A DNA stretch of 62,582 bases, the filler included. It is 7 parts of 7 records of this genome, joined end to end, with 100 filler letters (N's around TTAATTAATTAA, not from the genome) between each part and the next. Parts side by side here need not be neighbours in the genome. Positions count along the whole stretch, not along the records: positions 37,879 to 45,974 come from SRR31156797_11667; positions 46,075 to 56,275 come from SRR31156797_11682; 5 more parts are not named here. One strand, written 5' to 3'. This document shows positions 39,415-49,510 of the stretch, piece by piece. A program made the position numbers and the translations under genes. Numbering within the stretch: position 1 is the stretch's first letter; every line of letters begins with the position of its first letter. The notes below the pieces were generated by a model. The model was not told where the DNA came from, made no database searches, and worked only from the letters and a program-made list of their open reading frames with translations.

Positions 39415-41765
39415 AACCTTTCGAGTTTTTTCTGGACAAGGCCGAATACGGTGTTTTCAGGATAATTGAATTTTGAATCCGCCTTTCCCGCACAGAGGCC
39501 CATGAGCACCTCTATGCCCTGTTCAATGGTGGCAACGGCGTAAATGTGGAATTTGCCTTTTTCAACGGCCTGGATCACATCCTGCCTGAGCATGAGATTT
39601 TTTACATTGGCTGTGGGGATCATCACCCCCTGGTCCCCGGTCAGCCCTTTTTTAAGGCAGACGTCATAAAACCCTTCTATCTTCTCGTTGACGCCGCCAA
39701 TGGCCTGGATCTGTCCCTTTTGGTTCACCGATCCCGTCACCGCAATTCCCTGTCGGATCGGGACGCCGGAAAGGCTTGACAGCACGGCATAGAGCTCGGT
39801 TGAAGAGGCACTGTCTCCGTCTATGCCCTCATAGCTCTGTTCAAAGGTGATACTGATGCTGACGCTCAAGGGATAATTCTGGGCAAACATGCGCCCCAGA
39901 TACCCCGAAACAATCATCACACCTTTGTCATGGGTCTGTCCCGACATATCCGCCTCATGCTCCACATTGATGATGCCCGGCTCGCCCATATAGGATTCCG
40001 CAGTGAGTCTTGTGGGCCTGCCAAAGGCGATATCCCCCATGCTGTAAACGGCCAGGGCATTGATCTGGCCGGTCATGCGCCCCTGGACATCCATGAGGAT
40101 GGAGTGGTCTTCAAACTCCTGCTGCACCTTTTCCTCGTAAAGATTATGGCGGAACCTTTGCTCGTTGGCCGCTTTCATGACATGGGCCCGGGACACCAGT
40201 TTTGCATTGCCTTTCCTGGCCCAATAATCCGCTTCCTTGAGAATGCCTGTGATTTTTCCAAACCTCAGGGTCAGCTTTTCTTTGTCTTCAGCCAGGCGGC
40301 TGCCATATTCTATGATGCCCCCTACCCCGCAGGGAGTAAAGGGCAGCAGGTGTTCATCCCTGCATATCCTTGCGATGAAACCCGCATATTTGAGTTCATT
40401 CTCCCTTGTCATATCCGCCTCATAGTCAAAATCGGCCCGGACTTTGAATATCTTATTGAATTTCTCGTCGGTCCGCTGCAGTATCCTGAAGGGTTCATAG
40501 CTGCCCAGAAGAATAACTTTCACATCCACCGGGATGGGAAGGGGTTTCAAAAGGGTGGTGCCCATTCCCGACTGATCCGGAAGATCTTCGATATTCAGGG
40601 TCCTGTTCTGCAGGGTATTCTTTAATGTTTCCCAGGCATAGGGATTCTTCAGCAGGGGTTCGATCTCAAGAATGAGATATCCGTTGTTGGCCTTTAAGAT
40701 GGATCCGGCCCGGACCTTGGAAAAGTCGGTGGGCGAGGCTCCCCCGGCCGCATTCGTTTCAATCTTTCCAAAAAGGTTCTGAAAGCTGGGGCTGGTTTCA
40801 AATATGACCGGCGCGCCGGTCTCGTTTTTCCGGTCGCAAAGTACATTGACCTTGTAATGTTCCATCAGGGAATCGGTCATCACCGGAAATTCCTGTTCCG
40901 GCTGGGCGTTCCCGGACCCCAAAAACAATGCCACATTTTCCACAATATCCGCCTGTACGGCTTTCAGGTATTTTTTGATATCAGGGTTGCGGGCAAAGGA
41001 ATCCTCCATGGTTTTGATATGTCTGGATATGATCATGCGGGTCTGTGTTGAAACTATTTTTTTTGTTTCCCTCTCCATTTCCTGTTCCAGCTTTCCCATG
41101 TCCCGGAGAGCCGAATTCAGTTTTTCCATGGCCTGGTCCAGGTTTTCCTGAATCCCTGCCTTTGTTTTTTCATCATAGGCCTGATAGGTTTCAGGCGAAA
41201 TCGGCTGTCCATTGCTGAGCGGGAGGGTCTGGTATCCGTCCTCTATCTCAACGATGCCCACACCGAGGTCCTTGGCCTGACTTTCTACAGCCTTAAAGAT
41301 TGAATTATGTTTGTCTGTATATTTTCGTTCAATCTGTGTGATTTTTTCCTGGAACTTATCCGACTCAAGGGATCGGGGAATTCTGGTCTTCAGGATTTCG
41401 ATGAACCTTGCCATGCGCCGGGCGAACAAACCCGCTGTCCCGGATTTCATCTCCAGGGCAACCGGGCAATATTCATCATCAAAATTATAAACCAGGCACA
41501 AATCGGGAGGGGTGTCGAACTGCCTGGCATGCCGGCTGAGGATCTCCTTGACAATGGTCGATTTCCCGGTCCCCTCGAGCCCGGTGACAAATATATTGTA
41601 TCCGGGAGTGGTCATGTTCAGTCCGAATTCAATGGCCCCCTCCGCCCTTTTCTGACCGATGACCCTGTCAAGGGGGGCCAGCTCCTCTGTGGTTTCAATC
41701 GAAAAAAGGGAGGCGTCACACCGTCTTGTCAGCTCTTTTACCGGTACCAAAAATTGTTTCGTCAT
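39384..41765 (-). CDS. Lon-family (LonB/LonC-type) ATP-dependent protease
   Basis: IGQKRA, GTGKST, DGDSAS (catalytic Ser) and IGGVNEKIEG (catalytic Lys). Confidence 0.9.
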   Translation of the reverse strand: MTKQFLVPVKELTRRCDASLFSIETTEELAPLDRVIGQKRAEGAIEFGLNMTTPGYNIFVTGLEGTGKSTIVKEILSRHARQFDTPPDLCLVYNFDDEYCPVALEMKSGTAGLFARRMARFIEILKTRIPRSLESDKFQEKITQIERKYTDKHNSIFKAVESQAKDLGVGIVEIEDGYQTLPLSNGQPISPETYQAYDEKTKAGIQENLDQAMEKLNSALRDMGKLEQEMERETKKIVSTQTRMIISRHIKTMEDSFARNPDIKKYLKAVQADIVENVALFLGSGNAQPEQEFPVMTDSLMEHYKVNVLCDRKNETGAPVIFETSPSFQNLFGKIETNAAGGASPTDFSKVRAGSILKANNGYLILEIEPLLKNPYAWETLKNTLQNRTLNIEDLPDQSGMGTTLLKPLPIPVDVKVILLGSYEPFRILQRTDEKFNKIFKVRADFDYEADMTRENELKYAGFIARICRDEHLLPFTPCGVGGIIEYGSRLAEDKEKLTLRFGKITGILKEADYWARKGNAKLVSRAHVMKAANEQRFRHNLYEEKVQQEFEDHSILMDVQGRMTGQINALAVYSMGDIAFGRPTRLTAESYMGEPGIINVEHEADMSGQTHDKGVMIVSGYLGRMFAQNYPLSVSISITFEQSYEGIDGDSASSTELYAVLSSLSGVPIRQGIAVTGSVNQKGQIQAIGGVNEKIEGFYDVCLKKGLTGDQGVMIPTANVKNLMLRQDVIQAVEKGKFHIYAVATIEQGIEVLMGLCAGKADSKFNYPENTVFGLVQKKLERFHQRSLEFGK

Positions 41766-41925
41766 GGCTCTCTCCTCTGTGCTCTTTCGAACCGAAATGG
41801 GCTTTTGATACATATATCATACATCAACGGGATCGGGGTACATCCATGATAAGTTTTGTCAAGGGAAAAATGGAGAGTTCCCTTGACGTTTTTTGGGAAC
41901 AAGAGCCTGTCATATTAAAATGTGC

Positions 41926-41956
41926 TTGACCCGACTATCGCTTCATAGTTTAGAGT
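41926..41956 (+). promoter_or_regulatory. MerR-type promoter with a 19-bp spacer and dyad operator
   Basis: TTGACC (41926-41931), 19 bp containing ACTAT-N6-ATAGT, TAGAGT (41951-41956); ATG follows 7 nt later (leaderless). Confidence 0.75.
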
Positions 41957-41963
41957 CGGATTT

Positions 41964-42047
41964 ATGAAAACGTATCGAATAACCGAACTTGGACGGCGCT
42001 TTGGCCTTTCGCGCTCAACGTTAGGGCACCTATTTCTGTTGAAATAA
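41964..42047 (+). pseudogene. Truncated MerR-family regulator
   Basis: MKTYRITELGRRFGLSRSTL matches a MerR HTH start, then diverges at GTTAGGG (42020-42026) and stops at 42047. Confidence 0.75.
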
Positions 42048-42112
42048 AAAAAAAGCAGCTAATATCCGTAAATAACGTTGGACTTTTCATCACGAATTGA
42101 GACCATGTAATC

Positions 42113-42616
42113 ATGAAGAAAAAAATCAAACTCAAACCCGCACAAAAGATTGCAATCAGGCGAGAGCACATCACTAATTTATTGGCCGCAGGAATCACCT
42201 TTGACAAGGAAAAAGACATCCAGGATGTGGCTGAAAAATTTGGATGCACAAAGGAAACAATAAAAAAAGATATTGTTTTACAACGTGCTGAATTTGATGT
42301 AACAGCATTAGAAAAAATCGTAAAACTCAAATGGAATGGCTGTAGGAAACGTTCAGAACAGTATGGGGTATTGAACGATTTAGAATATAATGAATTGCTG
42401 AACTTATATTTAGAATCATCAGGAGATTGCCATTATTGTAATAAAAAATTAAAAAACAAAGCTCATCTGGTTATTGACCACGTAATTCCCATCTCCAAAG
42501 GAGGGGGGAATACACTAAACAACATCGTTCTTTCTTGTTGGCTGTGCAATTTAAGAAAAGGCGACAGTTTAATAAATGAGAGCAGACTCGCAAATCAATG
42601 GATTTGCGGCCAATAA
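42113..42616 (+). CDS. HNH endonuclease with an N-terminal HTH-like segment
   Basis: CHYC...DHVIPISKGGGN...NIVLSCWLCN. Confidence 0.88.
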   Translation: MKKKIKLKPAQKIAIRREHITNLLAAGITFDKEKDIQDVAEKFGCTKETIKKDIVLQRAEFDVTALEKIVKLKWNGCRKRSEQYGVLNDLEYNELLNLYLESSGDCHYCNKKLKNKAHLVIDHVIPISKGGGNTLNNIVLSCWLCNLRKGDSLINESRLANQWICGQ

Positions 42617-42736
42617 AAATGATGGGCCAAAACATCGTTATCGAATAATTCGGCGTGTAAAGGCCAGATCAGGAACCTCCTTGTCCGGTACCTTTCTGGC
42701 AACGCTTTTTCGTTCAGCATGCGTCAGGAACATTTT

Positions 42737-43192
42737 ATGAAATATCAATTTTTCCCGTTAAATAAAGATGATCTTGTTGAGTGTTCTCACCTTTATGTAA
42801 ATATTTTCAAACATGAACCATGGAACGAGAATTGGGATATAGATGATGCATTCAATCGGTTAAATAATTTCCTGTCACCGTCATATTCAATTGGCATCAA
42901 GCTCGTAATCAATAATGGGATTCAAGGCTTTCTCGTTGGTGAAATTGAACAATGGAGTGGATCTAAAAGTTTTTACTTGAAAGAAATGTGTGTTTCAAAA
43001 AAAATGCAGAGATCAGGTCTTGGAAAAGAACTGATGCATGCCCTTCAAAATGAACTTGTAAAAAAGGGGATTTCAAGGATTTACCTGATAACCCAAAGGG
43101 AAACGGTTCCGGAACTGTTTTATAAATCTTTGGGGTTTACGGCAAATGAAGGACTTTTAATAATGGGTAAGTCGATAGAAACAACCAGCTGA
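42737..43192 (+). CDS. GNAT-family N-acetyltransferase
   Basis: EPWNENW, QRSGLGKELM (motif A) and FYKSLGF. Confidence 0.9.
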   Translation: MKYQFFPLNKDDLVECSHLYVNIFKHEPWNENWDIDDAFNRLNNFLSPSYSIGIKLVINNGIQGFLVGEIEQWSGSKSFYLKEMCVSKKMQRSGLGKELMHALQNELVKKGISRIYLITQRETVPELFYKSLGFTANEGLLIMGKSIETTS

Positions 43193-43245
43193 CAGAACGG
43201 ATTACGGTCTTACTGTGCATTCTGGATGACAGTGAAATGGCAAAC

Positions 43246-43366
43246 GCCTAAACCGGCCATGCAATCTGACTTAAACCGCACTTGATCTTTAGCTGCATTA
43301 AGGTATAAAAATAGGATTTTATTATACAGGTTACCACTGTTTCAGCCGCTGATGGCAGTGATGAAC
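43246..43366 (+). other. Degenerate attC-like site
   Basis: GCCTAAAC-cgGCCATGCAatctGAC ... GCTGATGGC-agt-GATGAAC; complementary L-box-like arms with decayed R boxes. Confidence 0.35.
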
Positions 43367-43409
43367 AGATTGCTAAGGATTTATTAACGCTTTTTACAGG
43401 AGTTCAGTC

Positions 43410-44822
43410 ATGACTCAACGACCGTTATGTTTCGTTATCATGCCCTTTCAGAAAAAAACAGATCCAGCCGGCGGCCCCGACATCGACTTCGACCGCATTT
43501 ACAAAAACGCCCTCGAACCGGCCATTAACGATGCAGGCATGGACCCCATTCGCGCCGACGAAGAGCGGACGGGCGGAATCATCCACAAGCCGATGTTCGA
43601 ACGTCTGTTACTATGCGATTACGCTGTCGCGGACCTGACTACCGCGAATGCCAACGTCTTTTACGAGCTGGGCGTCCGCCATACAGCACGTCCCAGAACA
43701 ACGCTGACGATCTTTGCCAGGCACCAACCCATCCCGTTCGACGTCAACTATCTACGGTCCTTACCGTACGACCTGGGAAAAAACAACATTTTTGAAGATG
43801 AAGAGGCCGGCAGGCTGCGTGAGAAAGTGGCTGAAAAGCTACGAGAACTACGCGACCTGACCGTGAACCAGGCACCGGTTGACAGTCCCGTCTTCACACT
43901 ACTTTCCGACTGGCAGCCCAGTGATATTTCCCGCCTCAAGACCGATGTCTTCCGCGATCGCGCACAAGCTAACGAGGAATTCAAACGTCGCCTGGCCGAC
44001 ATTCGGGAGAAGAACAAGAAAGAGCAAACCAGCCCAGAGGCACACACCGAACTGAAAGATTTCCGAGACGAACTTGGACCGATCGACGCAGTCGATGCGG
44101 TCACGGTAGTCGACTTGATGCTTTCGTACCGCGCGCTGGGGGACTGGGATGGAATGATTGCACTTTTCAACGACATGCCGGAAACGCTCAAACGCCAGAT
44201 CCTCGTGCGAGAGCAGCTCGGGTTTGCCTACAACCGGCGGGCGGGTAAGAACCAAGACCTTTCCGATCGCGCCGAAGCGCTTCGAATCCTCACGGATGTG
44301 GCGGAACAACAGGGGCCGAGTTCGGAAACATTGGGACTGATCGGTCGAATTCACAAGGACCAATGGAAGGAGGCGATCGAGGCGGACGACACAATTGCCG
44401 CCATCGGTCACCTGGACGAGGCAATTAACGCATATCGCCGCGGCTTCATGGCCGATCAACGAGACGCCTACCCGGGCATCAACCTGCTGACCCTTCTGGA
44501 CATCCAAGGTGAAAAGGATTCGATTGCAGAGAAGGATCGCCTGTTGCCGGTTGTCCGTTTCGCCGTCGAACAGCGCCTCACAGGCGCAACGCCGGATTAC
44601 TGGGATCACGCGACGATGCTCGAGCTGGCCGTACTGGAAAATGAGCCCCGAGAAGCGATGAAACATCTGGCCAAGGCGATAGTGGTCATCCGAGAAAAGT
44701 GGGAACCTGAAACTACTGCCAATAATCTAAAGATGATCGAACAGTCACGTAAGGGGCGCGGGGAAGACACTTCCTGGCTGAATCAGATTATTACCGAACT
44801 GGAGAAACGAGCCGAATCATAG
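43410..44822 (+). CDS. ASK1/MAP3K5-like bacterial protein: N-terminal deoxyribohydrolase-like (DUF4071-associated) domain plus TPR (TRAF-binding-like) region
   Basis: CFVIMPF...RADEE...ADLTTANANVFYELGVRH, then LSYRA..DWD and SSETLGLIGRIHKD...YPGIN...DYWDHAT. Confidence 0.8.
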   Translation: MTQRPLCFVIMPFQKKTDPAGGPDIDFDRIYKNALEPAINDAGMDPIRADEERTGGIIHKPMFERLLLCDYAVADLTTANANVFYELGVRHTARPRTTLTIFARHQPIPFDVNYLRSLPYDLGKNNIFEDEEAGRLREKVAEKLRELRDLTVNQAPVDSPVFTLLSDWQPSDISRLKTDVFRDRAQANEEFKRRLADIREKNKKEQTSPEAHTELKDFRDELGPIDAVDAVTVVDLMLSYRALGDWDGMIALFNDMPETLKRQILVREQLGFAYNRRAGKNQDLSDRAEALRILTDVAEQQGPSSETLGLIGRIHKDQWKEAIEADDTIAAIGHLDEAINAYRRGFMADQRDAYPGINLLTLLDIQGEKDSIAEKDRLLPVVRFAVEQRLTGATPDYWDHATMLELAVLENEPREAMKHLAKAIVVIREKWEPETTANNLKMIEQSRKGRGEDTSWLNQIITELEKRAES

Positions 44823-45002
44823 TCGTGTGCCAAGACGTTGAAACCAACGTACCAACGATGCCGCCAAGGAACAGGTGATGCTATACTTCATCTGCAACCT
44901 CTTGACGCGCAAGTTGATATGTATTCACCCAAAAGGAAACGGTTCCGGAAATTCCCTATAAATCTTTGGGTTTTACGGCAAATGAAGAACTTTTGATATT
45001 GC

Positions 45003-45071
45003 CGGGGTCAGATTCTGGTTGTTGGCGCAGGAACCGGGGTACATGCGCTTGAACTTGAAAAACAAGGCTAA
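45003..45071 (+). pseudogene. Fragment of a class I SAM methyltransferase (motif I)
   Basis: Reads RGQILVVGAGTGVHALELEKQG* with no start, and runs into the attC. Confidence 0.5.
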
Positions 45072-45115
45072 TCAGCCGACGCAAAAAGCGGCGCAGCGGA
45101 TTAGCTGCGTTCTGC
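45057..45115 (+). other. attC site (59-base element)
   Basis: AAC-aag-GCTAATC-AGCCGACGCAAAAAGCGGCGCAGCG-GATTAGC-tgc-GTT; AAC/GTT core with complementary inner arms, 59 bp. Confidence 0.7.
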
Positions 45116-45161
45116 TGATAGAAGTAAATATGTGAATTTACAATTTGAGAAAGGATTAAAG

Positions 45162-45974
45162 ATGGATAGAAACATATCTGACATTCTGTTAGCTCCATGG
45201 AAGATCGGAGTAATAACATCAGCTATTCGTTTAAACATTTTTACAATTCTATCTGATCAGGAACTATCGGTTGACGGGATCGCTTCAAAATGTGCCGCTA
45301 ACCCGGATCGCCTTAAACCTCTACTTGACGCTTGTGTCAGCCTGGGATATTTGGAATTAAAAAATAACAGATATAGAAACGCGCATTTTAGCCTTGTTTA
45401 TTTTGTAGAGGGAAAACGTTTATATGTTGGAGATTTTCTCAAATTAATTAATAGTGAATCACTACAATGGTTCCAACTCCCGGACTTAATTCATGGAAAA
45501 GAGAAAAACAACCTTGAGTTTCCAGACTTAAAGTTGACATACAAAACATTCATATCCGCCATGAACAGTTTCGGCCACCTGGGAGAAGCTGAAGCATTAA
45601 AAAACATTGTGGATCTTTCAGGATGCAAGAAAATGACAGATGCAGGAGGTGGTTCCGGCATATACTCCATCGCTCTATGTCAGAAATATCCTGATTTAAT
45701 TTCTACAATCTTAGATGTAAATGACACCCTGGCAGTGACTCGAGAGCTGATTGCGGACCGCCAGGAAAAAAAGCAAATTGTATTAAAGGAAGGAGACTTT
45801 CTAAAATGTCCCCTGGGAGACAATGTGGATGCAGTTCTTTTATCGGATGTCATGTATGGAGAGTCTGACGCCAAAATTCTTTTGCAGAATGCCTGGAATA
45901 GTCTCGCTCATAATGGATCCTTAATTGTACGTGGTTATTATGCTGATCCTGAACGATCAGGCCCTTTATTCGGC
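45162..45974 (+). CDS. O-methyltransferase with dimerisation domain (3' partial)
   Basis: AIRLNIF dimerisation region, DAGGGSG and GDF; AAGGA RBS. Confidence 0.88.
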
Positions 45975-46074
45975 NNNNNNNNNNNNNNNNNNNNNNNNNN
46001 NNNNNNNNNNNNNNNNNNTTAATTAATTAANNNNNNNNNNNNNNNNNNNNNNNNNNNNNNNNNNNNNNNNNNNN
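45975..46074. other. Artificial contig linker
   Basis: N-run with TTAATTAATTAA. Confidence 0.99.
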
Positions 46075-46098
46075 GGGGTAATCCCCCGTGATTACCCG
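46075..46098. repeat. REP-like palindrome at the contig edge
   Basis: GGGTAATC-CCCCGT-GATTACCC, a GC-rich hairpin in an AT-rich contig. Confidence 0.4.
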
Positions 46099-46283
46099 GT
46101 TTTAAAGTTGGATATCTTCTTAAATTTACAGCGATGCTCTTGTGGGTACCCGATTTATTATTAAACAGGCATGCTAGGAGAGTATCGATATACGCCCATT
46201 ATCAGACATTCATCAACAAATTATATTAAATTATATTAACGAATTGCCTAACAGCAATTCAAATAAGAGGAGGATGAAAAAAA

Positions 46284-47573
46284 ATGGTAAGTTTATTAAT
46301 CATCGCAGCAATCATTGCTGCAATTATGTTAGGTTACAAAACAAAAATCAATATCGGCCTATTCGCTATGGGATTCGCATATTTAATCGGATGTTTCGTT
46401 ATGGGGATGAAAGGAAAACAGGTAATCGCAACTTGGCCGGTTAAAATATTCTTTATCGTATTCTCAGTATCACTATTCTATAACTTCGCAATACTTAATG
46501 GTACTCTTGAGAAACTATCACAACAATTACTTTATAGAACACGAAAAGTTCCATATTTACTACCCTTAGCTATATTCCTATGTGCAACTATTATTGCTGC
46601 ATTAGGTGCAGGATACTATTCAGTATTAGCATTCTTCGGTCCAATCACTCTAATTTTATGTGAGAAAACCGGGCTTAGTAAATTAACCGGAGCTCTCGCC
46701 GTTAACTATGGTTGTCTGGCCGGCTCAAACTTTATGACCAGTGCCAGTGGTATTATATTCAAAGGTTTAATTGAAAAAGCTGGTTATGGAGATCAGGTTT
46801 TCCAATATACAACAACTATTTTCGTTACTTCTTTTATTCTTCCAATTATTGTATTAAGTACTTTAATTATACTTAATAAAAAACAAGTTGAAGCTAAAAT
46901 TATTGATATCCAGGAACCAGAAGCATTTAATGCAAAACAAAAAACTACACTTAAATTAATCCTAACAATGGTAGCAGTAGTTCTAATATTCCCTATTTTA
47001 AAAATATTAATTCCCGGAAATGCAACTATTGCATTTTTAAACTCAAAAGTTGATATAGCTTTAATATCTATATTATTCTCTATAATTGCATTATTACTTA
47101 AACTTGGGAATCAAAAAGATGTTGTTGCAAAAGTACCTTGGAATACCATTCTTATGATTTGTGGAGTTGGAATGTTAATCTCTATCGCTATTAAAGCAGG
47201 GACTATTACTCTGTTATCAAATGCAATCTCTAACTCAATACCTACACCATTAGTACCTGTAGTTTTATGTATCGTTGGAGGTTCTATGTCATTCTTCGCC
47301 AGTACACTGGGAGTTGTTACACCGGCACTATTCCCGACAATACCTGCAATTGCAGCAGCTACAGGTTTAAATCCTGCTATCCTGTTTGCAGCTATCGTTG
47401 TTGGAGCACAGGCTACATCTGTTTCTCCATTCTCTTCAGGAGGAAGTTTACTTCTAGGTGCTGAGAGAGAGGAGCATAAGGATGTTCTGTTTAATCAGTT
47501 ATTATTTAAAGGTGCACCTTTATCATTAGTTGTAGCTATAGTATTCGGAGCAATATTTAGCGCAATTATGTAA
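46284..47573 (+). CDS. Dicarboxylate carrier (MatC/SLC13-like) membrane transporter
   Basis: Multi-pass hydrophobic protein with KINIGLFA, NGTLEKL and SPFSSGG. Confidence 0.8.
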   Translation: MVSLLIIAAIIAAIMLGYKTKINIGLFAMGFAYLIGCFVMGMKGKQVIATWPVKIFFIVFSVSLFYNFAILNGTLEKLSQQLLYRTRKVPYLLPLAIFLCATIIAALGAGYYSVLAFFGPITLILCEKTGLSKLTGALAVNYGCLAGSNFMTSASGIIFKGLIEKAGYGDQVFQYTTTIFVTSFILPIIVLSTLIILNKKQVEAKIIDIQEPEAFNAKQKTTLKLILTMVAVVLIFPILKILIPGNATIAFLNSKVDIALISILFSIIALLLKLGNQKDVVAKVPWNTILMICGVGMLISIAIKAGTITLLSNAISNSIPTPLVPVVLCIVGGSMSFFASTLGVVTPALFPTIPAIAAATGLNPAILFAAIVVGAQATSVSPFSSGGSLLLGAEREEHKDVLFNQLLFKGAPLSLVVAIVFGAIFSAIM

Positions 47574-47600
47574 GTTTTATTATAAGTTCTAATTATATTT

Positions 47601-47628
47601 AAGTCGCTTGTTTACAAGCGGCTTTTTT
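47601..47628 (+). terminator. Intrinsic terminator
   Basis: AAGTCGCTTG-TTTA-CAAGCGGCTT plus a T-tract. Confidence 0.75.
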
Positions 47629-47931
47629 ATATTTTATTTAAAAAGTGTATACATAAACACATTTTTTCATAACTTTCACAGACAGCTATACTCTCTCAAA
47701 CTCTTTAAAAACATGTAGTTTGTTAATTTTTATAAATTAATAATATAAATCATAAAATTAACTATTTGCAATAATTGTTTTTTCGTATATAATGTGATAT
47801 AAGTTATTTAAAACATTTATATAGATAATAAAATTGGTTGTAAAAATTTTTATATAGATACTCAGCCTTAATACATTCTTCTGATTAACCTTAATCAGAT
47901 AGGGGAGTACTCAAGGAGGGAAAGACCAAGA

Positions 47932-48585
47932 ATGATAAAAACAAGAGTAAATATCAGTGACAATATTTACGAAGCTATTAAAGAGGATATCTTATCTGGT
48001 GATCTAAAATTCGGAGCTAAAATTGTCGAGCAAAGATATGCAGAAAAACTAAGTGTTAGTAGAACACCGCTTAGAGAAGCTATCAAAAAACTTGAAATGG
48101 AGGGAATCGTAGAGAGATTACCAAACGGAAGAGTTAGGGTAATGGAGATCTCCATTCCTAAAATTAAAGAGATCTTCAAAATAAGAATTGCTCTTGAAGA
48201 GATTCTATTTGAATCAATAGCTGAAAATGAAGAAGTTATTGAGCTTTTAGAGGAAAATGTGAATTTAACAAAACAGTATATTGATATGGAAAATTGGAGT
48301 GAAGCAAGAAAACTATTCCTAGACTTCAACAAACTTCTATATGAGAAATCTAAACTTGAATTCACTATTAGAATCCTTAAACAGTATGATTTAGTTATAT
48401 CAAAGCTAAGAAGAGGATCACTTAAAAACTTTGACAGAATAAAAGATGCTTGCGATGAACATCTTATGATTATTAAGTATCTAAAGAGTAAACAGCTTGA
48501 TCTTGCTAAAACAGTCAATGTACATCATCTACTTAATTCAGAGAAGTCAATAATTGATTCATTTGAATTCGAAAGTGAAGAATAA
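47932..48585 (+). CDS. GntR-family regulator (FCD domain)
   Basis: VSRTPLREAIKKLE; C-terminal EH...H motif. Confidence 0.9.
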   Translation: MIKTRVNISDNIYEAIKEDILSGDLKFGAKIVEQRYAEKLSVSRTPLREAIKKLEMEGIVERLPNGRVRVMEISIPKIKEIFKIRIALEEILFESIAENEEVIELLEENVNLTKQYIDMENWSEARKLFLDFNKLLYEKSKLEFTIRILKQYDLVISKLRRGSLKNFDRIKDACDEHLMIIKYLKSKQLDLAKTVNVHHLLNSEKSIIDSFEFESEE

Positions 48586-48685
48586 TTTTTTTAAGCAGAC
48601 TGCATAAGTAGTCTGCTTATTTTTTGCCTTTCTATGATATAATTGGTATATACAAAGAATATTCGAATTTGGAGGGTACAATTTA

Positions 48686-49480
48686 ATGACAACAAATAAA
48701 AAATTATTAGCTTCTGACTATGATTGGACATTTTGGAGACGTGATGAAAAAGATTTAAAAGATAACTTAGACTCAGTAAATAGATGGAGAGAGAACGGAA
48801 ATATCTTTGCAATAAGTACAGGAAGAGATGTTGCAAGTATGCTATTCGAAAAGAGCGAGCGAAACGTAGATTGGGATTATATGATTGCTCTTAACGGTTC
48901 ATTTATAACAGATAGAGAGAATAATATCTTATTCAAGAAATCACTTGATAATGATCTTGCAAGAAAACTTATCAAATTAATGAAAGATAAATTTGGAGAT
49001 GAATTAATAGTTTCAAGTGGTTTTGAGGGTTGTAATTATTCCAACAAAGCTAAAAGTGAAACTTGTGAGAAAGCAAAAGAGGTATTTGAGAGAAACTCTA
49101 AAATATACTCTAAAACTGTAGAGGAAGCTCTGGAAGATGAAGTACTATTAGTTGGATGCTTAAGTGATAATTTAGAAAAAGCTCAGGCTTTTAGGGAGGA
49201 AATATTAGCAGAATATTCAGATCAGGTTGATGTTTTTATTAATCTGCTTTATATTAATATAGTTCCGAAGGGAATAAGTAAAGCCAGCGCATTAGATTTT
49301 ATTATTAAGCGTACACAAATTAACGAAGATAATGTTTCTGTTATCGGCGATGACTTTAATGATATCCCAATGATTAAAAAATTCAATGGTTACTCTGTAC
49401 CAGATGCAAAAGATGAAGTAAAAGAAATTTCTTCTAAAATTTATGATAGCGTAACAGCACTAATTAATGATAAAATATAA
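48686..49480 (+). CDS. Cof-type HAD-IIB hydrolase
   Basis: SDYDWT, STGR, SKASAL and GDDFND. Confidence 0.88.
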   Translation: MTTNKKLLASDYDWTFWRRDEKDLKDNLDSVNRWRENGNIFAISTGRDVASMLFEKSERNVDWDYMIALNGSFITDRENNILFKKSLDNDLARKLIKLMKDKFGDELIVSSGFEGCNYSNKAKSETCEKAKEVFERNSKIYSKTVEEALEDEVLLVGCLSDNLEKAQAFREEILAEYSDQVDVFINLLYINIVPKGISKASALDFIIKRTQINEDNVSVIGDDFNDIPMIKKFNGYSVPDAKDEVKEISSKIYDSVTALINDKI

Positions 49481-49510
49481 AAAATATATTTTTAATTGGA
49501 GTGAGCTAAA

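Larger units (their letters stand above)
43091..45000 (+). repeat. 74-bp imperfect direct repeat (GNAT 3' end duplicated)
   Basis: 43091-43164 versus 44927-45000, 64/74 identical by manual alignment. Confidence 0.85.

Noticed and set aside
42626-42718. Possible attC between the HNH and GNAT genes (GCCAAAAC...GTTCAGC)
   Set aside because: The ends are suggestive but the inner arms do not pair convincingly, so it was not called.
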